Positions 33,801-45,234 of a stretch of DNA of 64,000 nucleotides are shown piece by piece. This DNA is from Alloascoidea hylecoeti. Taxonomy: Eukaryota. The stretch is taken from NCBI GenBank assembly GCA_001600815.1, contig BCKZ01000001.1, positions 1,211,389 through 1,275,388 on the forward strand, in the 5' to 3' direction. Each line of letters opens with the position of its first letter. Positions within the stretch are counted from its first letter, which is position 1. The notes beneath the pieces are model-generated. The model was given only the letters and a program-made list of their open reading frames with translations, did not search any database and was not told the origin of the DNA. The translations under genes and the position numbers were made by a program.

Positions 33801-36800
33801 GTTGGAGACAATTTTTTAAGGAGCCAACTAATATTTTTGATTTAATATTATCAATTATAACTGGTGTTATCGTTGCACCAACAATACAAGTAAGTTTGGG
33901 TCATTTCTACGATTGGTTGACTTTTTTCCAAATTGTTAGATTTTATCGTGTTATATTGGAAATTCCTTATACAAAGCATTTATGGCAAAAAGTTCTTGGT
34001 AATGTTAAATCGATTGCGAATTTATCACTTTTTTATGTTTTAATTACTTTTTTATGTAGTATCATTGCTTCTACTTATTTTAGAGATGTTATACCTGAAG
34101 ATGCTATTGAATCAAATATGATATCTTTTTATAGTTTACCAAACTCTTTTATTGGCATGTATACTATTTCAAGTACTGAAGGATGGACAGGTACTTTATA
34201 TACAATGCAGCAAAGTGGTGGTTCAAGACATTCAAAAATGTTTGGATCTATATTACTTGTTGCATGGTATATCTTATCACAAAATATTGTTTTAAATATT
34301 TTCATTGCTGTTATTGCTGAAAATTTAGAGGCAACTGAACGTGAAAAGAAAAGACAACAAGTTAAACAATTTATGATTAATTTTACAAATAAATTAAAAG
34401 CAATACCTGAAGAATCTGCATTATCAAGAGTGAAAAATAAAATTTTTAAAAGAAAAAAAAAGATTAATGAATCTGGGGAACCAAGACATAATGCCGCTGT
34501 TAATATTTTATTAAATGGTGTTGCAGTTGAAGATTTTTTAAAAGATGAATTTCATGATATTGAAAATACAAAGAGAAGGCTTTCAAGAGAAGTTTTAGAA
34601 AATGGTAAAGAATATTCATCTTGGAAGCGTTATTTTTCAATACAATATTGGAAGCATTATAACATGTTATCTGTTGTTGACAAAGAAAACCCATTTTTTC
34701 AAAAAAAAAGGAATTTAGCTGCAAAAACCTTTATTAATGCTTCAACTGTTATGAAAGATGTTGTTCAAGAAAATGCAAAAGTTGCTGCCAATCAAAATAA
34801 GTATCTACGAGAAAATCCAAATTTCAATGTTGTGTTATGGTTATTCCCTCCAAAACATCCAGTTAGAAAATTCTGTCAGAGGATAGTGGGGCCACCAACT
34901 GGTGATATAAGAAGAGATGGGGTCTATCCAAATAAAAAAGTTCGTGAAGCTTTTTCAGTTGTTATGTTTTTAGCAACAGTTTCTTTAGTTCTAATTGCTT
35001 GTTTTGTAACCCCTTTGTATCGAATTGATAATGGCTTAAATGTTGGTATATTTAACTGGACAGTTTATTCAGATATTTCTTTTTTGATACTTTTTTCATT
35101 GGAATTTTTAGTCAAGGTTTTGGCTGATGGATTTTGCTTTACTCCAAATGCCTATGTTCGATCATCATGGAATAATTTTGATTTTATTGTATTGGTTACT
35201 CTATGGATCAATCTCATAGCTGTACTTAATGGTAAAGGGAAATTAGCAAGAGCTATTCGTGGATTTAAAGCTCTTCGAGCTTTAAGATTACTAACAGTTA
35301 GTGAAAGAGCCAAATCTACTTTTCATAATATTTTAGTTACTGGTGGGGTAAAAATCATTGGTGCTTTAATTATTGCTTTTACTTTACTTTATCCATTTTC
35401 AATTTGGGGTCTGAATATCTTAAATGGTAGATTAGCTACTTGCCTTGATAATTCTTTAAGTGAAGCAGAATGCATTAATGAATTCAAATCCAACATTTTC
35501 AAATGGGATGTTACTAGTCCTGCTACTTATGTTAATAGCTATTACGATTTTGATAAATTTGCACATGCTTTCCTAATATTATTTGAAATGACTTCACTGG
35601 AAGGTTGGACTGATGTCCTAGAAAGGGCATTTAATAGTACCGGTGTTGGTACGCCTCCAGGATTTTTTACAAGTATTCCAAATGGTATTTTCATCATTAT
35701 ATTCAATTTTGTATCAACTATTTTTATTTTAACTTTATTTACATCAGTCATTATTAATAGTTATTCAAAAACAACTGGGTCGGCATATTTAACCGATGAG
35801 CAACAATCGTGGTACGAAACAGCAAAAGTATTACAATTAATAGGCCCTTATAAAAGGCCTAGGACCGGTGATTTGAACCCTGTACAGAAATTTTGTTACA
35901 AAATTGCCATATTAAAACCCCGACCTTGGGTTTATATTCTGAATTTGACTTTACTTGCTCATGTTATTATATTGATTTTAGAAGCATATCCTGAAAGATT
36001 CATGTTAGATTCTGTCCGTTATGTTATGTATGTTATTACATCGAGTATTTTTTTCTTAGATGTTTTAATGAGACTTACGGCAGTTGGATTCAAGAGATTT
36101 ATAACTTCTAGAAGTAACGCTCTTGAACTTTTCGTTATTGGTGGTGCATTTGATTTATCCCTACTTTCCTTCTTGGTATCAAGAGGGACAATTTATGCAA
36201 ATCTAAATAAGTTATTCCTTGTTGGTGTGTTATTTTTGCTAATTCAAAGAGTTAGTAAATTAGAACAATTGATGAGAACAGCTATTGCGAGTTTACCTGT
36301 TATTTTATCTTTGCTTTTCACATGGGGTGTTTTGTTTTTGGTTTGGGCTATTGCATTAAATCAGATCTTTGGCCTGACAAAAGTTGGGTCGAATGGTTCC
36401 GGTAATTTAAATTTCAGGACTGTTCCGAAGGCTCTACTGGTACTCTTCAAAATGAGTTTTGGTGAGAATTGGAATAGTTTGATGTCTGATTATACCCTTG
36501 AGACACCATATTGTATCGATTCCGATGATATTGATTCCACTGATTGTGGCAGTAAAATATGGGCTTACATTTTGTTTATTTCTTGGAATATTATCAGTAT
36601 GTATATATTCTTTAGTATGTTTGTCTCTTTAATCACAGAAAACTTTCGTTATGTTTATCAACATTCTGGTCTAAGATCAAGTTTGACTAACTCGGAAATC
36701 CGGAAATTCAAAAGAGAATGGCTAAAGTTTGATCCTGATGGGAAGGGATATATAACACCAGAAGAACTCCCTAAACTTTTAAGAGATATTGATGGTGTTT

Positions 36801-37567
36801 TATCTTTTAAAATATATGATGGTGTGTTAACGGCAAAAGAGCTTGAAAAAAGATGGTTTATAAAAAGATCTGATGACCCATATGATATTGTTGTCAGTCA
36901 TGAAGCAATTAAAGATGCCCTTGGCACTATAGATGTCGGAGCGGTTCAAGTTCAAAGGAATTTATATGAAAGATTCCTCGAGGAAGCTTATGTTAAAATG
37001 GAGTTAACAGGTGAGAAAGGAATTTCATTTACTAGTATTCTATTGCAAATTCCATTATATAAAATGTTTAATGAGAACAGTTGTTTCACATTAGAAGATT
37101 TCCTAGAAAGGCATTTACTTAACCAAAAAGTCGATAAAAGATTAGCAGAAAAACATCATAATAGTAGAGTCAAGGCAATAGCACACCGACTGAAATATCT
37201 TTACATGAAAGAAAAACTCAGCGAGGAGATGGGCGATTTTATTGATGGTTATACTTCCGATCATAAATCCCTGGATTCGAACGGTGACATAAGAATGGAC
37301 CAGGGAAATTTCATGCCAGCTATTCAAGTGTCTGATTTCAATAACTACCATGAAGTGACACTGGAAACAGAAGCTATTTCTACCCCAATAGAGCGCAATG
37401 ACGGAGGTACTAGTACAATGACAAGAAGACGAAGAAATAGTCAAAGTAAGAAAAAGACAGAACAACAATTAAGTGTAGATTTGAGTACAATGCCTATCTA
37501 TTCACCGGAAAGCCCTTTAATTAGTAGTGGGAGCTCATTAACGAAACATGATCATGAATCGCCATAA
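30803..37567 (+). CDS. CCH1: Voltage-gated-like Ca2+ channel pore subunit
   Basis: Four repeated TM domains with S4-like segments and pore loops SLNTF, STEGW, SLEGW, FGENW (N/E/E/E filter), plus an EF-hand-like FDPDGKGYI. First ATG at 30803. Confidence 0.95.
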   Translation: MSNPQEDPFLVPSLHVRRQKDSTPAASLTVDTGVTPDNESLLKPSPSPTPTLSPTLSDTLSPRDAGSPKGRFNSIVKRVSRSKPRPDVQPSKTPRSPRFPYLSSFRSPSRSPSRSPSRSPSRSPARSPSKSNSLSKSPSNSPSKSPSRSLSKSPNRDPGSIQPSPESPSKSHPLLLEATESNIEAIRDGLSAALDVGMGKWLREDDEDDEDDNEDEQSSNFRSSTVKGRGSGSSPQAKSKSPFADPVHDNIDLSIGNSIELENLKPPNVHLSTISKKSNNSNLSIDDRLYLAEEGQSLDYLSPLFFPEEHQQNLDLNRNSSQRNNLSPKDANINKNELQLPNNDQEEEDESQGKSLLSPRRNLSMAVKRISSRVLRGTNERFEKHDSIKTKKNNPVSSNNNNVNDSDNDNQSLRVPTDESLSSSSAGNKQSKYKSVGSERDTIVRVIGSYSNDSEDDANATLNPQSHKNKLDLTNPYATNPKITLNKEDEDENLRPISKIESDDQFHAKPLQSDNNKPLDLPLFGRSLSFFSEKSLIRVKLANIVINPWFESTMFSLIVLQVVMLTAREWNPLRTKRRELFGVTWVDWIILIINIIYTFEITMKIVVFGFWDDKEMFDELGLMHVSTFSKFMHKSSESKKSFQIQKPITYSFHVKERIGNKSSITNKPKRRAFLRSSWNRVDFISVISYWISLVCSINGFDKKHHLYLFKAIACIRILRLTNITRGTVSILNSLKASAPFLIDVGVFILYFLGLFAIIGVQSFKGSYRRQCVWENEDDPSDTFLHELQFCGGYLDPDTNQAMPYLYSNGSSSGITKGFICPAHSVCKMVSNPYDGTISYDNFAHSFELAFVMMSLNTFSDQMYYTMDSDSKASCFFFIFGVIILGVWIINLFIAVIISGFKIGRDELKSQAIANKKKLATIKKKKQSTKEKLHRHNCLFKIYHKTRQFWTFVIIFDLLAQCFRKVNMEEEEYNKILLCELVATNLLGIEIILRFISYLPSWRQFFKEPTNIFDLILSIITGVIVAPTIQVSLGHFYDWLTFFQIVRFYRVILEIPYTKHLWQKVLGNVKSIANLSLFYVLITFLCSIIASTYFRDVIPEDAIESNMISFYSLPNSFIGMYTISSTEGWTGTLYTMQQSGGSRHSKMFGSILLVAWYILSQNIVLNIFIAVIAENLEATEREKKRQQVKQFMINFTNKLKAIPEESALSRVKNKIFKRKKKINESGEPRHNAAVNILLNGVAVEDFLKDEFHDIENTKRRLSREVLENGKEYSSWKRYFSIQYWKHYNMLSVVDKENPFFQKKRNLAAKTFINASTVMKDVVQENAKVAANQNKYLRENPNFNVVLWLFPPKHPVRKFCQRIVGPPTGDIRRDGVYPNKKVREAFSVVMFLATVSLVLIACFVTPLYRIDNGLNVGIFNWTVYSDISFLILFSLEFLVKVLADGFCFTPNAYVRSSWNNFDFIVLVTLWINLIAVLNGKGKLARAIRGFKALRALRLLTVSERAKSTFHNILVTGGVKIIGALIIAFTLLYPFSIWGLNILNGRLATCLDNSLSEAECINEFKSNIFKWDVTSPATYVNSYYDFDKFAHAFLILFEMTSLEGWTDVLERAFNSTGVGTPPGFFTSIPNGIFIIIFNFVSTIFILTLFTSVIINSYSKTTGSAYLTDEQQSWYETAKVLQLIGPYKRPRTGDLNPVQKFCYKIAILKPRPWVYILNLTLLAHVIILILEAYPERFMLDSVRYVMYVITSSIFFLDVLMRLTAVGFKRFITSRSNALELFVIGGAFDLSLLSFLVSRGTIYANLNKLFLVGVLFLLIQRVSKLEQLMRTAIASLPVILSLLFTWGVLFLVWAIALNQIFGLTKVGSNGSGNLNFRTVPKALLVLFKMSFGENWNSLMSDYTLETPYCIDSDDIDSTDCGSKIWAYILFISWNIISMYIFFSMFVSLITENFRYVYQHSGLRSSLTNSEIRKFKREWLKFDPDGKGYITPEELPKLLRDIDGVLSFKIYDGVLTAKELEKRWFIKRSDDPYDIVVSHEAIKDALGTIDVGAVQVQRNLYERFLEEAYVKMELTGEKGISFTSILLQIPLYKMFNENSCFTLEDFLERHLLNQKVDKRLAEKHHNSRVKAIAHRLKYLYMKEKLSEEMGDFIDGYTSDHKSLDSNGDIRMDQGNFMPAIQVSDFNNYHEVTLETEAISTPIERNDGGTSTMTRRRRNSQSKKKTEQQLSVDLSTMPIYSPESPLISSGSSLTKHDHESP
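31121..31265 (+). repeat. 12-bp coding tandem repeat (TCTCCTTCAAGG, SPSR) in the CCH1 N-terminus
   Basis: Four perfect units followed by several degenerate ones. Confidence 0.85.
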
Positions 37568-38007
37568 ATTACAGAGCTGACTTAAGCGTTGAATTTCAAA
37601 TAGACATTGATAATTATATTAACTTTGGAGTTGTATTTGTATTGAAATTGAGGATTTTAATTTAGACATTTTAGATCATATAAAAGATATTAGTCTCACA
37701 TGGAACATCGATCAATTCATGCAATTTCAAACTTATTTTGTATCTTTTAGCAGAATGGGGGGAATCGCGTAATTACAAACAATTAACATGTTACCACTAT
37801 AATTTCAGTCATTCTACTTAATATAAGCCATCGCCATAAATAATTTTCCTCTGGATTATGTATTACAGGTATGGCCCGTTTATATGCAGGAATAATGGTT
37901 GCTCGTGTGCTAAACTTTGTCGAAACTTAGTTGTGGAAATCATTGATAATTAGTGAACAGAATGGCTTAAATTAAGTGTACTATTCAGCTTTTATTTGTT
38001 CATGAAG

Positions 38008-38025
38008 TTACCCGCACTTCTCATC
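38008..38025 (+). promoter_or_regulatory. Reb1 site (TTACCCG) and PAC-like CTCATC upstream of a ribosome-biogenesis gene
   Basis: Both motifs lie ~100 bp before the EFG1 ATG, as expected for a Ribi promoter. Confidence 0.5.
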
Positions 38026-38118
38026 TCTTCTGTTCTGTGAAGAAAAATCATTTTTTCCATATTTCAAATTTTTAGAATATAATTTTATATAATTATCACT
38101 TGAACTTCATTTCTACAC

Positions 38119-39108
38119 ATGGCAACGAATGAATACTCTGGCTCGAAAAGGCCTCCCAAAAATAAATTTCGTAAATATCATCAAAATAAAAATACACAAC
38201 AACAACAATCTCACGATACAAATGATTCAACTATTAATAAATCAAAAATAAAGAAAAGAATTAGAGATTTAGAGAGGCTCATTAGAAGACAAAAAACCAT
38301 TATGGACAAGAATAATAGTAGTGGTAATAAGGGTAAGGATGGTAATGATGAACAATCGGAAAACAAATACCATATAAATGCAAATGTTATTGTTGAAAAT
38401 CAACGTGCTTTAACAGCATTAAATCAGGAACTAAAAAATGTTGATAAAATAATAATCTCGAAGAAATTTTCACAAATATATCACAAAGTCAGATTTTTTG
38501 AGAAAAAAAAAGCACTTCGAAAAATTAAAAAATCTGAAAAATTAATTGCTGATCTAGAAGCTGAAAAATATCAATTAAAACATGATAAAAAAAATAAAAA
38601 TAAAGATGAAATTAAGAAAGTTAAGAAAAAATTGAAAAAGGCTAAAAATCAATTAATTGAACATCATATTGACTTAGCTTATGTTTTAAATTTCCCAAGA
38701 GATGAAAGATATATTGCTTTATATGCATCATCTTCAAAAGAATCTTTGGGAAATAATTCTGATATTGATATTGATTCTGATGCTGATTCTGATTCTGATT
38801 CCAATGTCGATAACAATACTACAAAGAAGAAAGATGAACCAACGGATAAAACATCAATTCGCAGGAAACTAATTCGGGATCGTGTAACCATTTTGTTACA
38901 AGAGAACGTTTTACCGATAAAGATCGAACCAGAACTAGACCCATCGCTTAAGAAAGTTCTGACGTCAAATAAGACTGTTTATGCCGCTGATCTATTACCT
39001 AGTGAAAAAAATAAATCTAAGAACGAAACTGGTAATATTTTGGAAGATGATGTTTATGAAGGATTTAATAATAATGATGAAGAAAAAGAAGACGACTTTT
39101 TTCAATAA
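38119..39108 (+). CDS. EFG1: rRNA-processing protein Efg1
   Basis: SKIKKRIRDLERL, YHKVRFFEKKKA, IDLAYVLNFPRDERYIALY and an acidic DDFF C-terminus. Confidence 0.9.
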   Translation: MATNEYSGSKRPPKNKFRKYHQNKNTQQQQSHDTNDSTINKSKIKKRIRDLERLIRRQKTIMDKNNSSGNKGKDGNDEQSENKYHINANVIVENQRALTALNQELKNVDKIIISKKFSQIYHKVRFFEKKKALRKIKKSEKLIADLEAEKYQLKHDKKNKNKDEIKKVKKKLKKAKNQLIEHHIDLAYVLNFPRDERYIALYASSSKESLGNNSDIDIDSDADSDSDSNVDNNTTKKKDEPTDKTSIRRKLIRDRVTILLQENVLPIKIEPELDPSLKKVLTSNKTVYAADLLPSEKNKSKNETGNILEDDVYEGFNNNDEEKEDDFFQ

Positions 39109-39649
39109 CTTTAATGTTAGTTATCATAAATTAAAACAAGTTAGCATATTTAATGTATTTTCATTAATAATATAATCATATACATGTATACACTTTATTA
39201 TATAATTAGTTGGTGATCATCCATAAAAGTATTTAGAGTCTAAGTAGGTAACATTGATAGTGGTATGTGAGAGAATTAATTAGTCACACTTTGGCTAAAA
39301 AATCGAAAATATTTAGCTGATATGCCTGAAAATAAAGGTAACGCTACGGAGCTGTGAAACTATTTAGCGAACCGTTTGATTGATTAATTAAACACCAGTC
39401 AGACAATCAACTAGTGATTCGGGTGAAAAGTAATTACATGTGTGTAGTGTAGTGATCTCGTTGATAAATAATTACCATTCTCCGCAAAAATAAGTTAACG
39501 ACTACTATGGAAAGTAGTTAGTCATTCATAAAAAATGATTATGGACAAATATGATTACAGTGCCTTTTTTTTAACTTTTCATATATTTTCCAATTAAATT
39601 ATATAACTAGAAACTATGTAAATTCTGAGGAAATCTCTACTATATATAG

Positions 39650-40445
39650 TGAAATAAAAACCTCTCTTTCTATTCTTCTTATTTTTGTGTATTCTTGCCA
39701 CTCTTCTTTCTTCTCTTATGAACCTAGACCACCTTAAAAGTAATTTTTTTTTTTTAAATACTTTTTAACTTTTTCAAGTTTTTAGATATTAGAATCCCAT
39801 CCCGCAATCAATCTCATTTAATATTTGTGGTGGTGTCCCTGCAAATCTAAATTTTTTTTTAGCTCTAGTGCCTTTTTGACAAAAGCCCCATTTTTTTCTA
39901 TATTGTTATCTTTTGTATTTACGATCAATAATTTGATCCCAATTCTTTCGCTTTCAACATCAACTTCTTTAGTATTCTTATTGTTGAGCAATCTTCAAAT
40001 AGATGTAATTTGTCGTCTTTACCTTGTTGACATAAACTACAAATATCAGATTTTTGCCACCATTGTTTTGCTTCTTTGTTATGATGTAGCATATGAGTAA
40101 CATATCCCAAGCTGAGCAAATGTATCCATTGTTTCTCCTCAGGGTGTTCCTTATATGTTTCTTTGATAAATCCCCACCATTTCTTCCAATTTTCATCTTT
40201 TAGTTCCGGAATTAACTGCATCCATTTGTTTGGTTTCAATATAATTTTGTTTTTATTATACCACTTCTGGCTTATTGATTTGATCGAGTATTTGGATATG
40301 TTTTCTTCTTCCATGTCTTTTTTTCGATAGCTCCTCCTGCTGGGTTTTCCACTAGTTTTTGTAACGCTTCATTTGTCAATTTTGGTACCGTTTTAGTAGT
40401 TGGTATATTTCTTATTTTTGTGTTATTTATTATGATTATCTATTG
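39650..40445 (-). mobile_element. Degenerate 3' fragment of a non-LTR (L1/Zorro/Ylli-like) retrotransposon ORF2
   Basis: ORF 39925..40314 has a W-rich stretch followed by CSLCQQGKDDKLHLFEDC, the CX2C...HLFxxC zinc finger at the end of LINE ORF2 proteins. Flanks show frameshifts and stops; boundaries approximate. Confidence 0.7.
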
Positions 40446-40617
40446 AGTTCACCTGATTGCTACTTACTCCTTTAATGCTGTTATTATATTTTCCTAGAAT
40501 TCTCTCATTAACTTTGCAAAGTCTTCGTCACCTTGCAATGCACACTCAACATCCGGCTATTTTTTAACTTTACGATGTATAAATAATAATATGCTAAACT
40601 AACAGCGCTAAAAGTTC

Positions 40618-40691
40618 GGTTCGATGGTCTAGTTGGTTATGGCATCTGCTTAACACGCAGAACGTCCCCAGTTCGATCCTGGGTCGAATCA
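40618..40691 (+). tRNA. tRNA-Val (AAC)
   Basis: GGTTCGA/TCGAATC acceptor stem, A-box TGGTCTAGTTGG, anticodon loop TTAACAC, B-box GTTCGATCC, then a T7 Pol III terminator. Confidence 0.97.
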
Positions 40692-41594
40692 TTTTTTTGA
40701 AGTTTTTATTTCGGTCAGGGTGGTCTGCACAATGGATTTATTATTAGCACAAGTTGATGGCTGCTTCCAAAGCGTTAACTACAGGGTCGGATATAATAGA
40801 GCACCCTCCTGGAAGGAATGTGGGGAAAGGCTCTTAGATGCCGATGCGGATTTCTAGATCGTCACACCAAACAGCCAGATCATCTGAATGCTAGCGCTAC
40901 CTTTAACTCCAATAATTCTTGTTAAGAAGTTAGACACAGAAACGCTGAATTTGGAAAATGTGGTACAGTATTTAATGATTCTAAGGTTGTTCCAACAGAA
41001 GACGAAAACTCCCTAACCCCCCTAACTAAATCCATACAAACTATGTGATGTGGGTCTCGTGAACTGTAATGTGGTGCTTCGCAAATCCTATAAAATGCCT
41101 CTTCTATTTTATTATAACTGGCCCGCCAAAACAAGATTCCTCATGGCATCACTAGCACCACCGCAACAACATCACCGATATAAAGATGGTTCAGTAAATG
41201 GAGAGGCCTCAGAAATATCAGACCACAAAAATAAAGGAAGATGATCTCTAGATCTTATAGGACTCAAATTCGAGGATGGCACCGTAGAATGCAAATAATA
41301 CAACATCTAATAAAAACGGCTAATGAATGTTAATTATTAGATACTTATTTCACAAATGGGGAGGTTTAATGCATGCTAGATTGAATCATTTTTTATATGT
41401 TGTTTCTGGATTAATATTATAGATTCAAAATTACAGATTTAATAGCTTTCATGGTATACTTCAGGATATGGTATTTGTGCTGAAACCTAACAATATGATT
41501 GGGAAATTGTCTCAACTCTTATTTGCACAATGTCCTGGTGTATATAATATATTTTTTTAGTACTATACAGTACCAATATGTAACCATTATCATT

Positions 41595-42365
41595 TTACAA
41601 CTCACTATTTGATTTTTCATCATCACTATCAGAATCTTGATCGCCATTATCACCGTCAGAGGCTGAGACTGACCTCTCCTTTGGAGGATTAATCATATCA
41701 TCAGTAACACCGAGTTCATTGCGAATTGGTGCTGCACCCTAAACACACGTTATTATTAGTAATTTGTTCACGCCAACTGAGTCTGAATGACTTACCTTAT
41801 TAAAACTAGTGAAATCCTTTTCAAGAGTATCTAATTTAGCTTTTCGTTGTCTATTTTCCGCTAGAATCCGGCTTTTTATCTCTAGCAAATGATTTTTTCT
41901 TAAAAGTAATTTCAGCCTTTCTTTTTGCTCATCCTTCAGTCTCTCCAGTAGCAACTGATGCGAATTGGTCGGAAGATCACTAAAATTTGGATATTTCGCT
42001 AAAAATCGATCCAGTGGAATAAGCTCCAGGGTTTCGAGTGATAAATTGTAACTGTTATTAGAATCGTCAATATCTTTACATAAATGCTTATTTTGATAAT
42101 TTAAATTTTGAATTTCAGATTGTTGTGATTCAACTATCAGCTTCTCATTGTTTGAAACTAATTTTGATCTATTTATTTCCTTTTGAATATGTCTATTTAA
42201 ATGTTTTAAAACACCTAGTGTTATCATTAACTTTTTGGAAGCCTGTGAACTTTGTAACTCTTGTAAATTTTCTTTAGAGTCTAAGTAGTTTTTTGACGCA
42301 TTAGATAAATTTGATAAAAAGTGTATCGTGTCTGATATCAGCTGTTCTGTGGATATTTCTGACAT
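41595..42365 (-). CDS. THO complex subunit THOC5/FmiP-like protein (intron 41739..41795)
   Basis: LKHLNR, IQNLNYQNKHL..DI, LIPLDRFL, HQLLLERLKDEQKERLKL match the fungal Thoc5-like pattern. The spliced tail ends at TAA 41595. Confidence 0.75.
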
Positions 42366-42421
42366 TATTTATTCACGATTGTTGTTGATAATTTACTGCT
42401 GGTAAAAATAGTTAGGCATAA

Positions 42422-42429
42422 CCGGGTAA
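42422..42429 (+). promoter_or_regulatory. Reb1-type site in the 113-bp bidirectional promoter between THOC5-like and CDC23
   Basis: CCGGGTAA centred between the two divergent ATGs. Confidence 0.6.
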
Positions 42430-42478
42430 CTTTACTTCCAATATAACAAAAAACAGTGTATGTGTGAATATTCAAATA

Positions 42479-44321
42479 ATGATAAGAGTAAACACAGAAC
42501 AATTTCGTTCGGATCTACGTGGATCAATAGCATTATTATCATCTCTGTGCTTGTATCAAGCTGCAAAATGGTCAGGAGAAGCACTACTAGCACTTCCTCC
42601 ACCAGAAACAGATTTTCCAGCACCACAACCTTACTTACCACAGGGCAACAATACTAATGATGATATGATAAATCAGAAGGAGAATGATCAATTATTACTA
42701 GCTAAAATATATTTTGATTGTAAAGAATTTGATAGGGCTGCATTTCTTTTGAAGAATTGTGTTGGAACACGCGCTACATTTCTAAGGCTATATTCAAAAT
42801 ACATAGCTGGAGAAAAGAAGAAAGAGGAGGAATCTGATGGTGTTTTGGGATCCACCAGTGGGTCGGCATCAAACCAAAACTTGTTGCCAATAATGAGGGA
42901 TATTGATGCCTATATGAAGAAAACAAACACACCAGATCCATTTATAAGTTACTTGTTAGTTATTTTTCTCTCGAAATTGAACTTTTTACTGCTTAATATA
43001 CTAATTAATATGTTTTCTGTAACAGGGCAGGTATCATATATTCGCGTCAAAACAACGAGAATGAAGCGATTAAAATGCTAGTTCACTCAATTACGATGTA
43101 TCCTTATAACTGGGGAGCATGGAAACAGCTTTTATCGTGCTATGGCTCATTCGACAATTTGACAGCATTAATGACAGACTTACCATCAAATATAATGACA
43201 TCGATGTTCATGCTAGTAGCAAATCAGGAGTTCTTTAAAGCTGATGACAAAGTATTTGAACTATTATCAGAGTTAGAAGGAGTTTTCCAGCAATTTAACT
43301 TTTTAACAATTCAACGAGCATTGATCAATTACCATTCCCTTGAATACCTCGAATCTGAAAAGCTGTTTGATCAAGTTCTGAAGACAGACCCTTGCTGCCT
43401 TGATGACTTAGACACATATTCAAATATTTTGTATGTTCAAGATAAACAGGCAAAACTGTCATTTTTAGCGCATTTATCACTATCTATAGATCGATTCCGT
43501 TCTGAAACATGTTGTATAGTCGCGAACTACTATAGTTTGAAGGCTGAACATGAAAAGGCAATCATCTATTATAGAAGGGCACTGAGCTTGAACAGAGATT
43601 GTTTAAGTGCATGGACATTGATGGGGCACGAATTTGTTGAATTGAAAAATTCTTGTGCAGCTATTGAATCTTATAGAAGAGCTGTTGGTATGTGTTTCTT
43701 TTATTTGAAATAATGATACATAAAAGCTAATGATTTTTAGATACAAACAAAAAGGATTTTAGAGCATGGTATGGATTAGGACAAGCATATGAAGTTTTAG
43801 ATATGAACTATTACTCGTTATATTATTACCAGAAAGCAGCATCATTAAAGTGAGTAGATTCTTCTTTATTGACATTAGAAATTTTTCAGAATCGAATTCT
43901 AACTTCTGTTCATAGACCTCTCGACACAAGAATGTGGCAAGCAATAGGAAATTCGTACGAAAAACTATCCAATCTAGATGATTCTGTAAAATCCTATCGG
44001 CGCGCACTGACACTGTCCCCCACTGATCCTATCTTATTATACAAACTTGGCCAGTTATACGACCGAGTAAAAGATCATTATAATGCATTTCAATATATGT
44101 CGATGTGTCTTGCGGAAGAAGAAGCAGAGTGTGTTACTGATGAAACCTCGAAAGCTAGAATATGGCTCGCGCGATATCAAGTTCGGAGAGGAGACTGGGC
44201 TAAAGCCAGCGAGTTGGTAGATCAGATGACTATGGGAAGTAAATCAGACTTAGAAGAAGCTAAAAGTATTGGGAGAGAGGCGAAAATGCGATTGCGATCA
44301 GGAAATCTGTCTGGTAAATGA
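42479..44321 (+). CDS. CDC23: Anaphase-promoting complex subunit APC8 (introns 42955..43025, 43688..43740, 43850..43915)
   Basis: [67 protein letters not shown] motifs; splicing gives a continuous frame. Confidence 0.94.
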
Positions 44322-45139
44322 CTATAGAATTTGAAATGACGAAGATTGGCCAGGGTAAATTATATTTGTGAGAATCCTTTATATACCATATGAAGTTGAT
44401 TCAAGTGCTAATTAATAAGCTAAAAATGCCAATTACATTATAATCATATTAAGGACTGAAAACATAATAGCGTTCCAGCAGAATTAGTTTTATACCAATT
44501 TTCATAGAATCTGAGATTCCCATAAAAACTGTAGCGACCGAATATTAGGTATGGGTTTGGTTGATAATTAGTAATCAAAATGGCCTAAATAAAGTGGACT
44601 AACTGTATTTATATTATAATTAGAGGTACATGTAAACATAAATTATTCGATATACTACGAGCCTACAAGGAGACAAAGCCTTCAATTACAATATATTCAG
44701 CTAATCTTCTGATACATATTCCATATATATAATTTTGGTGAACTTATAGACTAGTATAAAGAATGCAATTACACATATTAATGGAAATGGTAAGTAAGTT
44801 AAATTAATTTTGCCGTTCTTAATTAAACTGAAGAACGCGTATATCACAGTACACAATTTTTCAAAAGCATCTCACTTCATTAACATAAATAATAAAACTA
44901 CTTCAATCTACCATCATCAATTATTTTTGTTGGCTACCACCTTTTTTGACTTGTTGTGAGGACTTTTTGAAATTTCTGGTGTTTTCTCAACACAAGTTCA
45001 CTCTTGATTTGTATTTCTGGTCATTAATTGTTATAAGCGTCTGAAATATTCCTACCCGTAGACCTTTATTCAAATATTTTACATCTTATCGACTTTTTCA
45101 CAATTTACTGCTTGATTAAAGAAAGCCTCTGTTTTTAAG

Positions 45140-45223
45140 GTGAGTTCATTGTTCTAATTATACCAATATTTCAATTGATTCTTTGTTATTGAAACCCAAC
45201 TACAGTTTTCTAACACATATTAG
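45140..45223 (+). other. Putative 5'-UTR intron of PRP8
   Basis: AG|GTGAGT...TTCTAAC...TTAG ends 11 nt before the ATG; 84 nt. After splicing an in-frame TAA lies just upstream, so the intron is non-coding. Confidence 0.7.
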
Positions 45224-45234
45224 TTATTTACATA

